From a virus: DNA of 64,000 bases. Below are positions 22,834 to 32,709 of this stretch, in pieces. The stretch is taken from the IMG/VR virus record IMGVR_UViG_3300005534_000011, positions 11,887 through 75,886 of that record. The stretch is one strand, 5' to 3'. Every line of letters starts with the position of its first letter. The stretch's first letter is position 1. The translations under genes were made by a program, and so were the position numbers. The notes beneath the pieces were generated by a model that was given only the letters and a program-made list of their open reading frames with translations, was not told the DNA's origin and did not search any database.

Positions 22834-25433
22834 TTTGATCAAATAGGGGTTGTATATGATGCAACCCCTTGCTATAATTACCTCACACAAACCGGAGTAC
22901 ATAACATGCACAACATCCAAGCGGTCAACGACAAACTAACCGAAGGTAAAGCCACTGACCTACTGTTTACCGGGTTTCGTCAGGCCATGCGTGATGGCAT
23001 GAACTATGCCCATTTCAATAGTGGGTGTGATGCGTTCGGGTTGGATGTTGTCGAAGTCCCAAGGGTCAACCAACTTAACGGCCAAAAATATTGGTCCCTT
23101 CGGTTGTATTGCGATTGTAAATTGGTTGCAACCGCCTACGCGGATGAACATGATTTGTAAGGGCTTGACAATCCAGTTACACCTGATAGGCTGAATCACT
23201 TTTTACCTTGAGGCGTCACCATGCAAACCACGACCGTATCTCAAACCGCCTATAACCCCTCTCAGGGCGTTGTAAGCAGCCAACCCATGCAACCGGCCTA
23301 CCGTGCCGAGTACAACCCACTGTCGGCCCGCTGGATGGTTCTGAGCGAGTTTGATGTATGTGTGCAGGCTGGTTTGAGCAAAGTTGCGGCTATTGCATTA
23401 GCCGAAAGCCTCTAAAGATTTGAAAAGAGCCCCGAAAGGGGCTTTTTGTTGTCTAAAAATAATTTGATGTAATCATTGACATAACAATTCTGTTCTGTAT
23501 AATTCAATCCATACCAACCAATCGGATTAATCAAAATGCTTACTCAAACCAGCCTGAAACATCCAGTAATGCAAGACCGCATCCTGTCCGGGTTGATCGA
23601 AGCCCAGACCAAGGCCGAAAACGCCGGTCATGGTCGCGCCTACGTGGCTAATTCGAAAGGTAACAACATCATGCGGGTGGACGTGTTCAAACCGGGCCAA
23701 GTCGATTGGCTGCCGAAGGGTGGTGTTATTGTGTACGGTGAAAGCTCCCGGACCATTACCAACATGGTGGAATCCGCGTTGGGTTCTAAGCTTTCCGACT
23801 TGATTTGATCATAAGCCCCTGATTCTAGGGGCTTTTTATTGTCAAAAAATATTTGCATCAAATGCTTGCAATGGTCTGAAATGGGTGTAGACTACCTATA
23901 TCGAAACCAAACAGAGGATTCAATCATGGCCCGTCGCGAAATACAACTGACTTGGAAAGGCGAAGATGGTGTAGAATTCACCTCTAACACCGCTATCAAT
24001 GGAACAGAAGACGAAATCATTGATTATTACATGAATAATCAATTTAACGTTGGTAAGGGTCCGAACGATTATATGGCGGTTTGTGTTGCACTGGATTTTA
24101 CCGATGTTAAACCGGTTGATGTATTCGGAATTAATAACTCGTTTGGGGGTCTGTGATGCTCTATACATTGCTTGGTTTGTACCTGATGACCGGTGCTACT
24201 AGCCCAACTGATACTGTCGAGAAAATCGAGGGCATGCATTTGGAACAATCGGTTTGTGTTCAACGTGCCAAAATTCTGGCGGATGAATTGGGTGGGGCTC
24301 GCTGCCGACCAGAAGAGGAACTAGACGAAAACACACCGTATCGGAATACCCTCACAAAGATTCAATTGCCATCGGGTCGGGTTATTGAGTTGTGGTACAC
24401 CCGTGGGGTTTGGTCTTATCCTGCTGATTTGGTTGATGAGGATCGGGAGCTTATCGAGCAATACACCCAATTCGAATACAGCCGCTGAAAATAAAATCGG
24501 AATAGGGGTTGTATTGCATCAAATTGAGATTATACTAACCCCACACCAACCAAATCGAGTAAAGATCATGAAAACCGCGACCAAGACCTACGCCATAGTT
24601 GACGTTAAAAAATGGTGGTTCTCGCACTTCACCATCAATGGCAATGGGGTTTATAGTTTCACCATCCAAACCGAAACCGGTGAAATCATCAGCGGCAAGA
24701 CAGCTCCCGGCCTGAATCAACATCTGTCGATGAGTCCTGCTAAGCTGGCAGACGTGACCATCAGCACAACCCCGACCGGTCGTATCAAGATGACCAACGC
24801 CAACCGGGCCTAAAGAATTTGATGTAAGGGGGTTGCTAATTGATGCAACCCTGTTATAATTCCAGCACACCAACCGAAATAGGGATTCAAAAATGGCTAT
24901 CGCACACGACATAACCTGCAAGAACTCGACCAATCCTAAAGGCTTTCACGTTAGCTTTAATGGTCGCCGGGCTGGGGCGTTGGGTGTTACCTATGCCGTG
25001 CAAATCAACGTTTACGCGGATACCGAAGAAATGGCACACACCGCCATCTATCAGGAATATGAACACCTGATGTTCGTCAAAATCACTCCTATCAATGGTG
25101 ATTGATATGACCACTAATCGGGTGTTCAAGAAGGGTGACACCGTAGGTTTAAAGGCATCGGTTCGTAAAGGTTGGAAGTGTCCAGAAGGCCGAGAGGACA
25201 ACCAAACCGCCGATATCAGAGCGACCTACAGCGATAAAGGCGAATGCTGGTTAGACCATGATTTACACGGCTGCAAGTATTGGAATCAAGAGGATTTGAT
25301 TTTGATTCAAGCGGTTGAAGACAAGACGCCCCAATAGGGGCTTTTTGTTGTTCAAAAATATTTGCATCAAATGCTTGCAATAGGTTGGAAACCGGTTATA
25401 ATGAACCACACCAACCAAATCAAGGATTCAAAA

Positions 25434-25841
25434 ATGAAAACCCAAGCCGAACTGATTCAAGAAGCTGTTACCAACGCCGCCGAAGGTTGTGCAATATTCA
25501 ATGCAAAAATGGTCGAACTGTTTCCGGTGTATATTGCACTGGCACGCCCTCGTAAGTTGCTGGGTGATAACGTAGAAATCGAATTCGCCAACGTTTCCAA
25601 CCGTTCCGAATGCTCTAGCGGGATTCTGATGAATGCTAGTGGTCATATGCGGTTTATGATGCAACTTAACGAAGGTGTTAATACCGTCGCAAATTCGTTT
25701 GATATTGACTTATTGACGTGGCATCATCAAGCACGTAGTGTTTTGAAGTTCCGTCGAATCAAAGGCAAGACCCCAGCCGAAGCCCTGCAAAAGTTGGCGG
25801 TCTGGTTTGAAAAGAATCAGGACATTATCAAGGCAATCTAA
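25434..25841 (+). CDS. hypothetical cassette protein
   Basis: Start reassigned to the ATG after the AAGGA RBS of the cassette leader. Confidence 0.7.
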   Translation: MKTQAELIQEAVTNAAEGCAIFNAKMVELFPVYIALARPRKLLGDNVEIEFANVSNRSECSSGILMNASGHMRFMMQLNEGVNTVANSFDIDLLTWHHQARSVLKFRRIKGKTPAEALQKLAVWFEKNQDIIKAI

Positions 25842-25846
25842 TTGGG

Positions 25847-26200
25847 GTGGCTATGGAAAAGGATTTGTTAGCACCGTGTGACAAGTGCCCCAGCATCACC
25901 GATAAGGAAGTGGGTTATATCGCTGGGGCTTCTGTAATGCTGTTTAAGACGTTCAACGGATCAAGCCGATATGTTTATCAGGTGCAAGGCCGTAACGTCG
26001 CTGTGATGCATATAGCGGCTGATATGAGCAAAGCTGCTAGGGTTGTGTCGGTGTATGCATTACCAGATTATAAAAATGCCGGGTTGTTCCGAAAGTTGTA
26101 TTACAGTGCCATGAAAGATCATGGCCGGGTCAAGTTAGGTGATGAATTGTCTAACTGTACTCAAGTGCTCGACTTAATCCACGAAATCAAAAACATCTAA
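25847..26200 (+). CDS. putative GNAT-like acetyltransferase
   Basis: VVSVYALPDYKNAGLFRKLY resembles GNAT motif A (V.P.YR..G). Confidence 0.45.
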   Translation: MAMEKDLLAPCDKCPSITDKEVGYIAGASVMLFKTFNGSSRYVYQVQGRNVAVMHIAADMSKAARVVSVYALPDYKNAGLFRKLYYSAMKDHGRVKLGDELSNCTQVLDLIHEIKNI

Positions 26201-26204
26201 GGGC

Positions 26205-26429
26205 TTGATCATGTGTCGCAAATTCATCAAAAATTCTGATATGCGGGAATTGGTCAACTTTGCCGAGGGGATCGGCTATAGTGTGGAACTAACCAAGGGT
26301 AAGCACCTAAAGTTTACCCTTCCCGGTGTGTCGCCGGTCTTCACAAGTTCAACCCCCAGTGATTACAGAAGCTGGGCTAACTGTCGAGCACGCTTGAAGC
26401 GGTTGGTGTCTGGGCTGATGGCGGCCTAA
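26205..26429 (+). CDS. HicA-like dsRBD-fold protein
   Basis: GYSVELTKGKHLKF...VFTSSTPSDYRSWAN..ARLKR. Confidence 0.6.
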   Translation: MIMCRKFIKNSDMRELVNFAEGIGYSVELTKGKHLKFTLPGVSPVFTSSTPSDYRSWANCRARLKRLVSGLMAA

Positions 26430-28480
26430 AAATAATTTGATGCAATCCCTTGACGGGGTGGTTAGGTTGCATCATACTGACTACACAATCAAAGGAGCTA
26501 CACAAATGAAACTTACACCATTGCAAGCAAGTAAGAAAATCCGCGAACATCTGAATCAAGGTAACGGCATATACATTGATGGTCGTTACTATGATGTCAG
26601 GGTACATGCTGGAATGTTGCAGGTTTCCGACTTTCGAAGCTGGTTTGTTGTGCAACCCGGTGCCGAGTTCCGTAACAGCCACGGTCGTACACTCTTCACC
26701 TATGAACCGATAGAAGGGGCTTGACATGGCGAACCAAATCACCGCTATGCAAACTCAAGTTGATGAGCTTACAACCCGCATCAACTTAGCTGATGACAGC
26801 TTGCAATCATTCCGGGCGTATCTGTCAAGTCCGAAATTCACCGGGGACAGTGAGTTACAAGGTTACATATCAATTCAAGATGTTGAACACCATCTAGCCG
26901 CTATCTGGCGGGAGTTACACGGTTTGAATTGATCCAAGCCCCTGATTCTAGGGGCTTTTTATTGTCCAAAAATATTTGTATCAAATGCTTGCATTACATC
27001 AAATAGCTGTTAGAATGAACTCACACCAACCGAAACAGGAATTCGAAAATGGTCATGAAACTGGAACAAATAACCGAAGCTCTGAAAAACAAACATTTGG
27101 AAACTGTCAAGAAGGAACTATGTCGGTATGGTGATATCTTGGATGTGCAGGACTGGGAAGACCACCACGGGGCACATCGTTGTTATACCATTCAATACCA
27201 AAATGCAAGTTTCGATATATCTATGTTGAACGGTGCAACCATCAATATCAAACAGGGTTGAACATATGAAATTTCAAGACACCTTTACAGACCGGCTGAC
27301 CGGACAAAAGTTTACGGTTGAAATTGAAATCAACCAAGGCGAAGTGTCGAAATTGTTAGCCGCTAGGGCATGGGGCAGCAAGTCCGGGAAAAGTCAAGCC
27401 CTGAATGGTGATATCAAATGCAAAATTATTAAACGTGAATAGCATCAAATAGGGGTTGCATTTGATGCAACCCCTGCTATACTAACCCCATACCAACCAA
27501 ATCGAGTAAACATCATGGCACGTCAAACCCGCTACACCGTACAGGCACTACGCGCAGATATCAAAGAATTGAACGAGACTTTGAAGGCAACCGGGTACTA
27601 TCTGGGGGTTGAATGCCGCAACGGTTACACCGGGTTGGACGAATACCGGGTTAGTACAGACCCGGCTAAGCGTGATACTTGCGTTCGCAATATCGAATGT
27701 GGGTCGCCCCGCGATTGTTGGGAAGCGGCTCGCCTGTATACCCCACGCGATAACAGCTAAAATAGTTTGATAAAGGGTTTACATTTGATGTAAACCCTTG
27801 CTAGAATCTAATCACACCAACCGCTTTAGGAGCTTTCAAAATGAAAAATCTGATTCTTGGTATCGCACTGGTAACCGCATCCTTCGCCGCTGTTGCGGAT
27901 GGTCAACAAAAATGCGCAGAATTGGTTCACACCAGAACTCTGGCCCCAATCTCCGAATTCTCCGACGCAACCGCCGCCACTCCTTATTACACCGTGGCTC
28001 GCCAAAAAGGCGGTTCGACCACTACCTATCAATGTGATGGGATGGGTAACTATCGGCAGTTGATGGATTACGGGTGGTCCATCTGGCGCACCGGTAACGA
28101 ATGGAACGCTGTTCACTGGATGCAGGGTTGATAAAAAGGGGTTGCAATTTGATGTAACCCCTAGTAAACTGCAATCACACCAACCGATAGAGGGTCCGAA
28201 CATGTCTTACATCGTCGCCAAAGCAGCAAAGGCCCTCCTAGACAAAGCTCTGGATGAGGCGTCGGCGGAACTTCGACAATTCGATCAGTTCAAGGGTGCA
28301 ATGGGCATGACCCCGGACCATATCAAAGCTACCCCGGAGTTTCGGAAAGCAAAACATGCATTTGATGTAGCTTTTCAGACTTCCCGGAATTTTAACGGGG
28401 ACTTTAACAAACGGTACAAAAAAGAAATTGCCGCCGACCGTCGCGCACGCTACAATCAATCCATTTAAGGAGTTACAACC

Positions 28481-28798
28481 ATGTCCGAATTGATCAAAGA
28501 ACTATCCGCCGCTCTGGACTTCGCCACCGAAGTTTTGAATACGGCACCCCCGCAAATCTGTCAGGTCAAACTGACCGCCGAACCGGGTAAGGTTTGGATT
28601 CGTCTGGTGTATACCGAATTGAACCGGGACGGAACTGTAAGCGACCGTAGCCGCTGCTGGGGGTTCATGGATGCAGACGGCAACCTCTGGAAGTCGGCAG
28701 GCTGGAAGGCCCCAGCCAAAAACAAACCACGCGGAACACTGGCGGATTTGCACGACCCCAAGAAGGTCGAAAGCTGGCGGTATGGTGGTGTGCAATAA
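28481..28798 (+). CDS. phage hypothetical protein (KxAxWKAPAK motif)
   Basis: GFMDADGNLWKSAGWKAPAKNKPRG motif; AAGGAG RBS. Confidence 0.7.
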   Translation: MSELIKELSAALDFATEVLNTAPPQICQVKLTAEPGKVWIRLVYTELNRDGTVSDRSRCWGFMDADGNLWKSAGWKAPAKNKPRGTLADLHDPKKVESWRYGGVQ

Positions 28799-28938
28799 CC
28801 GAAATTGATGAAAAGCCCCTAGAATCAGGGGCTTTTTGTTGTCCAAAAATATTTGCATCAAATGCTTGACCGGCCCTCAAATTGATGTAAACTAACCATA
28901 TCGAAAGGCAAAACGCCTTTTCCAAGGGAGTCAAGACC

Positions 28939-29760
28939 ATGGCAGTAGTAGATAGCAAAGACCTGTACACCTTCATATCGACCGGCGACAAAGTGGCTAT
29001 GTACACCCTGCGGGTTATGTGTCTGTGCCGGGTTCAGGTGGGTGATTCCGCATTCAATGAAATGCGTGACTATTACATTCAAAACCTGTCGAACGACAAG
29101 GCAACCGCCGAAGCGAAAGCGGCTGAAATGTCCGGCCTGATGAATCTGGAATTTAAAGGGAACGCGGATTTTGAATTGAATGAAATCCGTCGAATCCGTG
29201 ACGAAATGGCATCCGAAAAACGTGAAGCGGCAGAACGGGCGCATCAAGAGCGTATCGCCGAATGGGCGGCAGAACGCGCAGAACAGATTCAAGCTGGTGT
29301 GTTCATCATGGGTAAACATACCGGTAAAACCGCCGCCGAAGTCGCTGTAGAGGATTTGGGGTATCTGTTCTGGCTGGCCGGTGAAGTGGAAGCAAACGGC
29401 AAACTAGGGATTTGTGCGAAAATCGCCGCTAATTACATCCAGTTGACCGGGGTTGAACTCCCCGGCTACATCGGTGAAGTTGATCAACCAATTGAAGTAA
29501 CCGCAACCCTGAAGCGTGTGTTTTGGACCCAATCCCAATACCCTACATTGATGCACATTGCAACTACCGTACAGGGTAACGAGATTGTGTTTTTCAGCGT
29601 TGCTCAGGGCTTCAAGGAAATTGAAATCGGCCAGACCTTCACCATCACCGGCACCGTTAAAGAACAGAGAGAAGGCTGGGGCGGTACTAAACAGACTGTT
29701 ATCGGCAAACCTAAGCTCCCTAAGCCAGCCAAAGCGGCAAAGGTTAAGAAGGTGGTTTGA
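28939..29760 (+). CDS. putative nucleic-acid-binding protein (GKHxG...YLxW motif plus C-terminal OB-fold-like domain)
   Basis: FIMGKHTGKT...LGYLFW; YIGEVDQ...FTITGTVKE...KQTVI. Confidence 0.55.
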   Translation: MAVVDSKDLYTFISTGDKVAMYTLRVMCLCRVQVGDSAFNEMRDYYIQNLSNDKATAEAKAAEMSGLMNLEFKGNADFELNEIRRIRDEMASEKREAAERAHQERIAEWAAERAEQIQAGVFIMGKHTGKTAAEVAVEDLGYLFWLAGEVEANGKLGICAKIAANYIQLTGVELPGYIGEVDQPIEVTATLKRVFWTQSQYPTLMHIATTVQGNEIVFFSVAQGFKEIEIGQTFTITGTVKEQREGWGGTKQTVIGKPKLPKPAKAAKVKKVV

Positions 29761-29789
29761 CAGGACATCAAAGCGGGTCTAAGGTGGTG

Positions 29790-29880
29790 TTAAGCGTACA
29801 CGGATGTATGCGGTTGTTGGGCGTCCACTCCCAACCGCCAGCCCCTTGCCCGCAAGTCTAAAAGCTTCGCGGGCATTTTT
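29790..29880 (+). ncRNA. candidate ~90-nt small RNA with Csr/Rsm-type hairpin
   Basis: Promoter TTGACA-17-TAAGGT at 29757-29785; three stem-loops, the last a terminator ending in TTTTT; no RBS-supported ORF. Confidence 0.5.
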
Positions 29881-30515
29881 ATGTCAATTTTTAGAGTATC
29901 GAAATGAAATATCATCAAAATTTGATGTTGCATTGCATCAAAACCTATGGCAAAATGATAGTAATCGGAGCATATACCCCATTTCTGGCGGTCATGATCT
30001 GGTCTGAAATCAAAAACATTTTGGGTTGATTTTAAAAAGGAGTTTGATAGAATAGGAAGGGTAAGACATGAAAGCCAAGAATTTGATACATGAATTGATT
30101 CCAGCGGAAAAACGGCTGGCTAAGATTGATGAAATCGACCGGGAGTTAGAGCGGCGGTTAGCAGCTCAGGAAATCACCCTTGTCGAGTATTTCGAAACCA
30201 AACAACCCTTGACAGTCAAGCGGTTTAAAGAGTTTCGGTTAGTTGCACGGGCTCGCGGTTGGAACCTGAGCGAAAACCTTGATGTACCCGAGGTGTCAGA
30301 AGCTCTAGAAGAACCCGAGGTGTTAGAGGTTCTGGAACCAGCCAAGCCGGTGCCCATTCGTCAAAGGCTGTTAGGCTTCTTGATTGTATTACTGATGATG
30401 TGTGCTGTTTCGTGGGTTTGGCGGTGATACATCAAACCCAAAAATGATGCAAAAGTGCTTTACAACCCAACTGGGTTTGATATAATCAACCTACTTACTT
30501 AAAAGGATGTACATC

Positions 30516-31031
30516 ATGACCAAATCGACCGCTACCCAAGCCGCCAAACCAGCTAAAGCCAAAACCACTGCTGTGTCGGCACCCAATCTAACAACCGTGG
30601 GTCCGGTTGTGGACAAGACCCCGCCGAAGCGTGTACGCAAGCCAGCCGCACCCAAGGCGGTCCCAACCACACCGGTTCAAGTTGCCCCAGTTGTTCCTGT
30701 AACGCCTGTAGCACCTGTGATCGTTATCCCGGTCAAAACCGGTGCAGGCCGTCCAATCTCGGCAGAAGCCGCGAAAGTTCGTCGTCGGGTGGTGGGTGTG
30801 TGGTTCAAACTGGTCGCGGCTGGTGAAACCGAGGTGACGGTTAAGGCAACCGCCAAAATTGTCAAGCTCAAAAAGGTCACTGTATCCAACACTATCCGTT
30901 GGGCTGAATCGGTTGGACTCATTACCCGAATCGGTTACAAGTTGAAAGCCGGTCCCGGTCGTAAAGAAGTGTTCTATACCGTCAACCCGGCCAAGCTGAC
31001 CGAAATGGTAGCGATTCCAGAGGCGGCGTGA
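30516..31031 (+). CDS. winged helix-turn-helix DNA-binding protein with Pro/Ala/Lys-rich N-terminus
   Basis: TVKATAKIVKLKKVTVSNTIRWAESVGLITR...GPGRKEVFY; resembles 13202. Confidence 0.65.
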   Translation: MTKSTATQAAKPAKAKTTAVSAPNLTTVGPVVDKTPPKRVRKPAAPKAVPTTPVQVAPVVPVTPVAPVIVIPVKTGAGRPISAEAAKVRRRVVGVWFKLVAAGETEVTVKATAKIVKLKKVTVSNTIRWAESVGLITRIGYKLKAGPGRKEVFYTVNPAKLTEMVAIPEAA

Positions 31032-31248
31032 TGTTCTGTCGCATTTGTGGGGCTCGCCTGTACGTGAAGGGGGTTTGCACCATCTTTTGCCCTAACCGTA
31101 AGTGTGGGGTTGGACCACCCTTTACATAAGACACCTGAAACCAAATCAAAGCCCCTTAACCGGGGTTTTTTGTTGTCTGTAGAAAAGTGGTTGACCTAGT
31201 GACAGATTCGTGTATAGTGCCGCCCATTCTGTTTTGAATAGGTGACCC

Positions 31249-31902
31249 ATGAATCAAAATACAATCCTAGACCTGTTCCGACATCATCAGGACCGCAACC
31301 TAACCGATTACAGGGCGCTCAAGTTGGCTTTCTGGTATGACATGCAACAAGCCGGGGCCGAGCTGTTAGGGGCCGGATGGTATAGCACGGTGTGGGCAAT
31401 TGGTGGGCGAGTGTACAAGATCAATTCGGGATCGAACGGCGGGCGTGATGGGTTTGTGCATTGGGTTGATGGTATCCGTGGGTTTGATTCCAACCCCCAC
31501 TTGCCTAGGGTTGGTTCAATCGCTGTGGATTATGAGAGGTATTGCATCGAATTAGAGCCCCTGACCCCTTTGCAGCCTAGCGACTTCGAATTGATGGGGT
31601 TTGCTGGATTTGATACAACTGTTAAAGGGCTGGCTGATTATGTCCGGGGATTGCCTGATTTGGTCGAGGCTATCGAGCTGGCGTATGGGATCGTACAACG
31701 GGTGAACCCCGAACATGACTATGGCCCTAACCCTGATTTGTTCTGTAAGCTGTCGTCTATTGACTTTTCGAACGGTTCACGGTTCCCTAATTTGATGAAA
31801 CGCGGGGATACACTGGTACTTAACGATCCGGTTGCCTATAGTGCTGAATCAATCGAGCCCTATAACATCAAATTGCGTCAAAGTCTAGGTCTAGCGGCCT
31901 GA
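31249..31902 (+). CDS. putative Ser/Thr protein kinase (T7 gp0.7-like fold)
   Basis: LGAGWYSTVW Gly-loop, VYKI, HLPRV, ELEPL, D...NLM, LVLNDPV. Confidence 0.6.
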   Translation: MNQNTILDLFRHHQDRNLTDYRALKLAFWYDMQQAGAELLGAGWYSTVWAIGGRVYKINSGSNGGRDGFVHWVDGIRGFDSNPHLPRVGSIAVDYERYCIELEPLTPLQPSDFELMGFAGFDTTVKGLADYVRGLPDLVEAIELAYGIVQRVNPEHDYGPNPDLFCKLSSIDFSNGSRFPNLMKRGDTLVLNDPVAYSAESIEPYNIKLRQSLGLAA

Positions 31903-32633
31903 TCTTTATTTGATGAAACCTATTGACCCCGGTGAAAGCTGGGGTTATAATTTGATCATGAAGTAGCGGGGTTGTGAACCCGGAGATAATCAAGGAGGGT
32001 GGACGTCATTTGAGTTGGCATGATTTTTGACTTGCGAGATTCATGCCAGTTTTCTCGAAAATATTTTCAAAAATCGTGAAAATAGTGGTTGACACGGATC
32101 TTGGGGTATGCTATTCTGAGGGGTTGACCCGACGCCCCCTTCTGAAAATTTTTCCGCCCTCCCCTCTCGATTTTTGCGTTTTTCGAGAATTTTTCTCATT
32201 TGGATGTTTTCAGGCCCCCTTCTGATGGAATTCTGTTCAATCCTATGAATTTTCTTCTATATAGTAGCTGCCCTTCGGGTCACATCCGCAAAGCGTCTGT
32301 GATTTGTGATAGAATTGATTTGTACTATATAGAAAGGATTAGAAATACAGGCGAGCCGTAGGCGAGTCTGTATCCCCGAAGGGGTGGTAGGAGGCTTGGA
32401 AGGGTTTGTATTATATATTCGGTTTGGCAGAATTAGTTCTAGGGTATCACACTTTTCAGGAATTCTAAACACCTTGGCAAAAAACTCGACCGGAAACTAC
32501 CTCGACGGATACTTGCTCGACCGAAAAAGACCACCACCGGCAAAAAGCTCGACCGATTCTGTTTAGATTCTGAGTCGGTGCCTATATAGTAGCTACTCAA
32601 CCACACCGGAACGGGTTCAAAATAAAATCATCG

Positions 32634-32670
32634 ATTCTGTTTAGAATGACCTGAAACCGTGCAATAATAG
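32634..32670 (+). promoter_or_regulatory. ATTCTGTTTAGA-class promoter
   Basis: Motif followed by a -10-like hexamer; recurs at ~32556, 44423, 47049, 59846, 63281. Confidence 0.65.
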
Positions 32671-32709
32671 CTCCACTGAAACAAACAAACCCAAACAAAC
32701 ATTGTGAGA

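Larger units (their letters stand above)
12561..32120 (+). repeat. array of ~30 repeated promoter cassettes (TTTGATGYAA box, sigma70 -35/-10, CACCAACC leader, RBS)
   Basis: Cassettes read directly at e.g. 12561, 16826, 17302, 17891, 18235, 18815, 19361, 19681, 20421, 21519, 21834, 22321, 22831, 23461, 23851, 24500, 24816, 25361, 26434, 26975, 27439, 27771, 28135, 28851, 30428, 31909. Confidence 0.9.

Noticed and set aside
17890-28900. CRISPR array or integron attC array
   Set aside because: Repeats are degenerate, 300-900 bp apart, contain promoters and separate whole genes; no cas gene or tyrosine integrase in the window and no attC core sites recognised
29804-30007. 67-aa ORF from the track
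   Set aside because: No RBS, and it crosses a terminator and a promoter; the sRNA interpretation fits better
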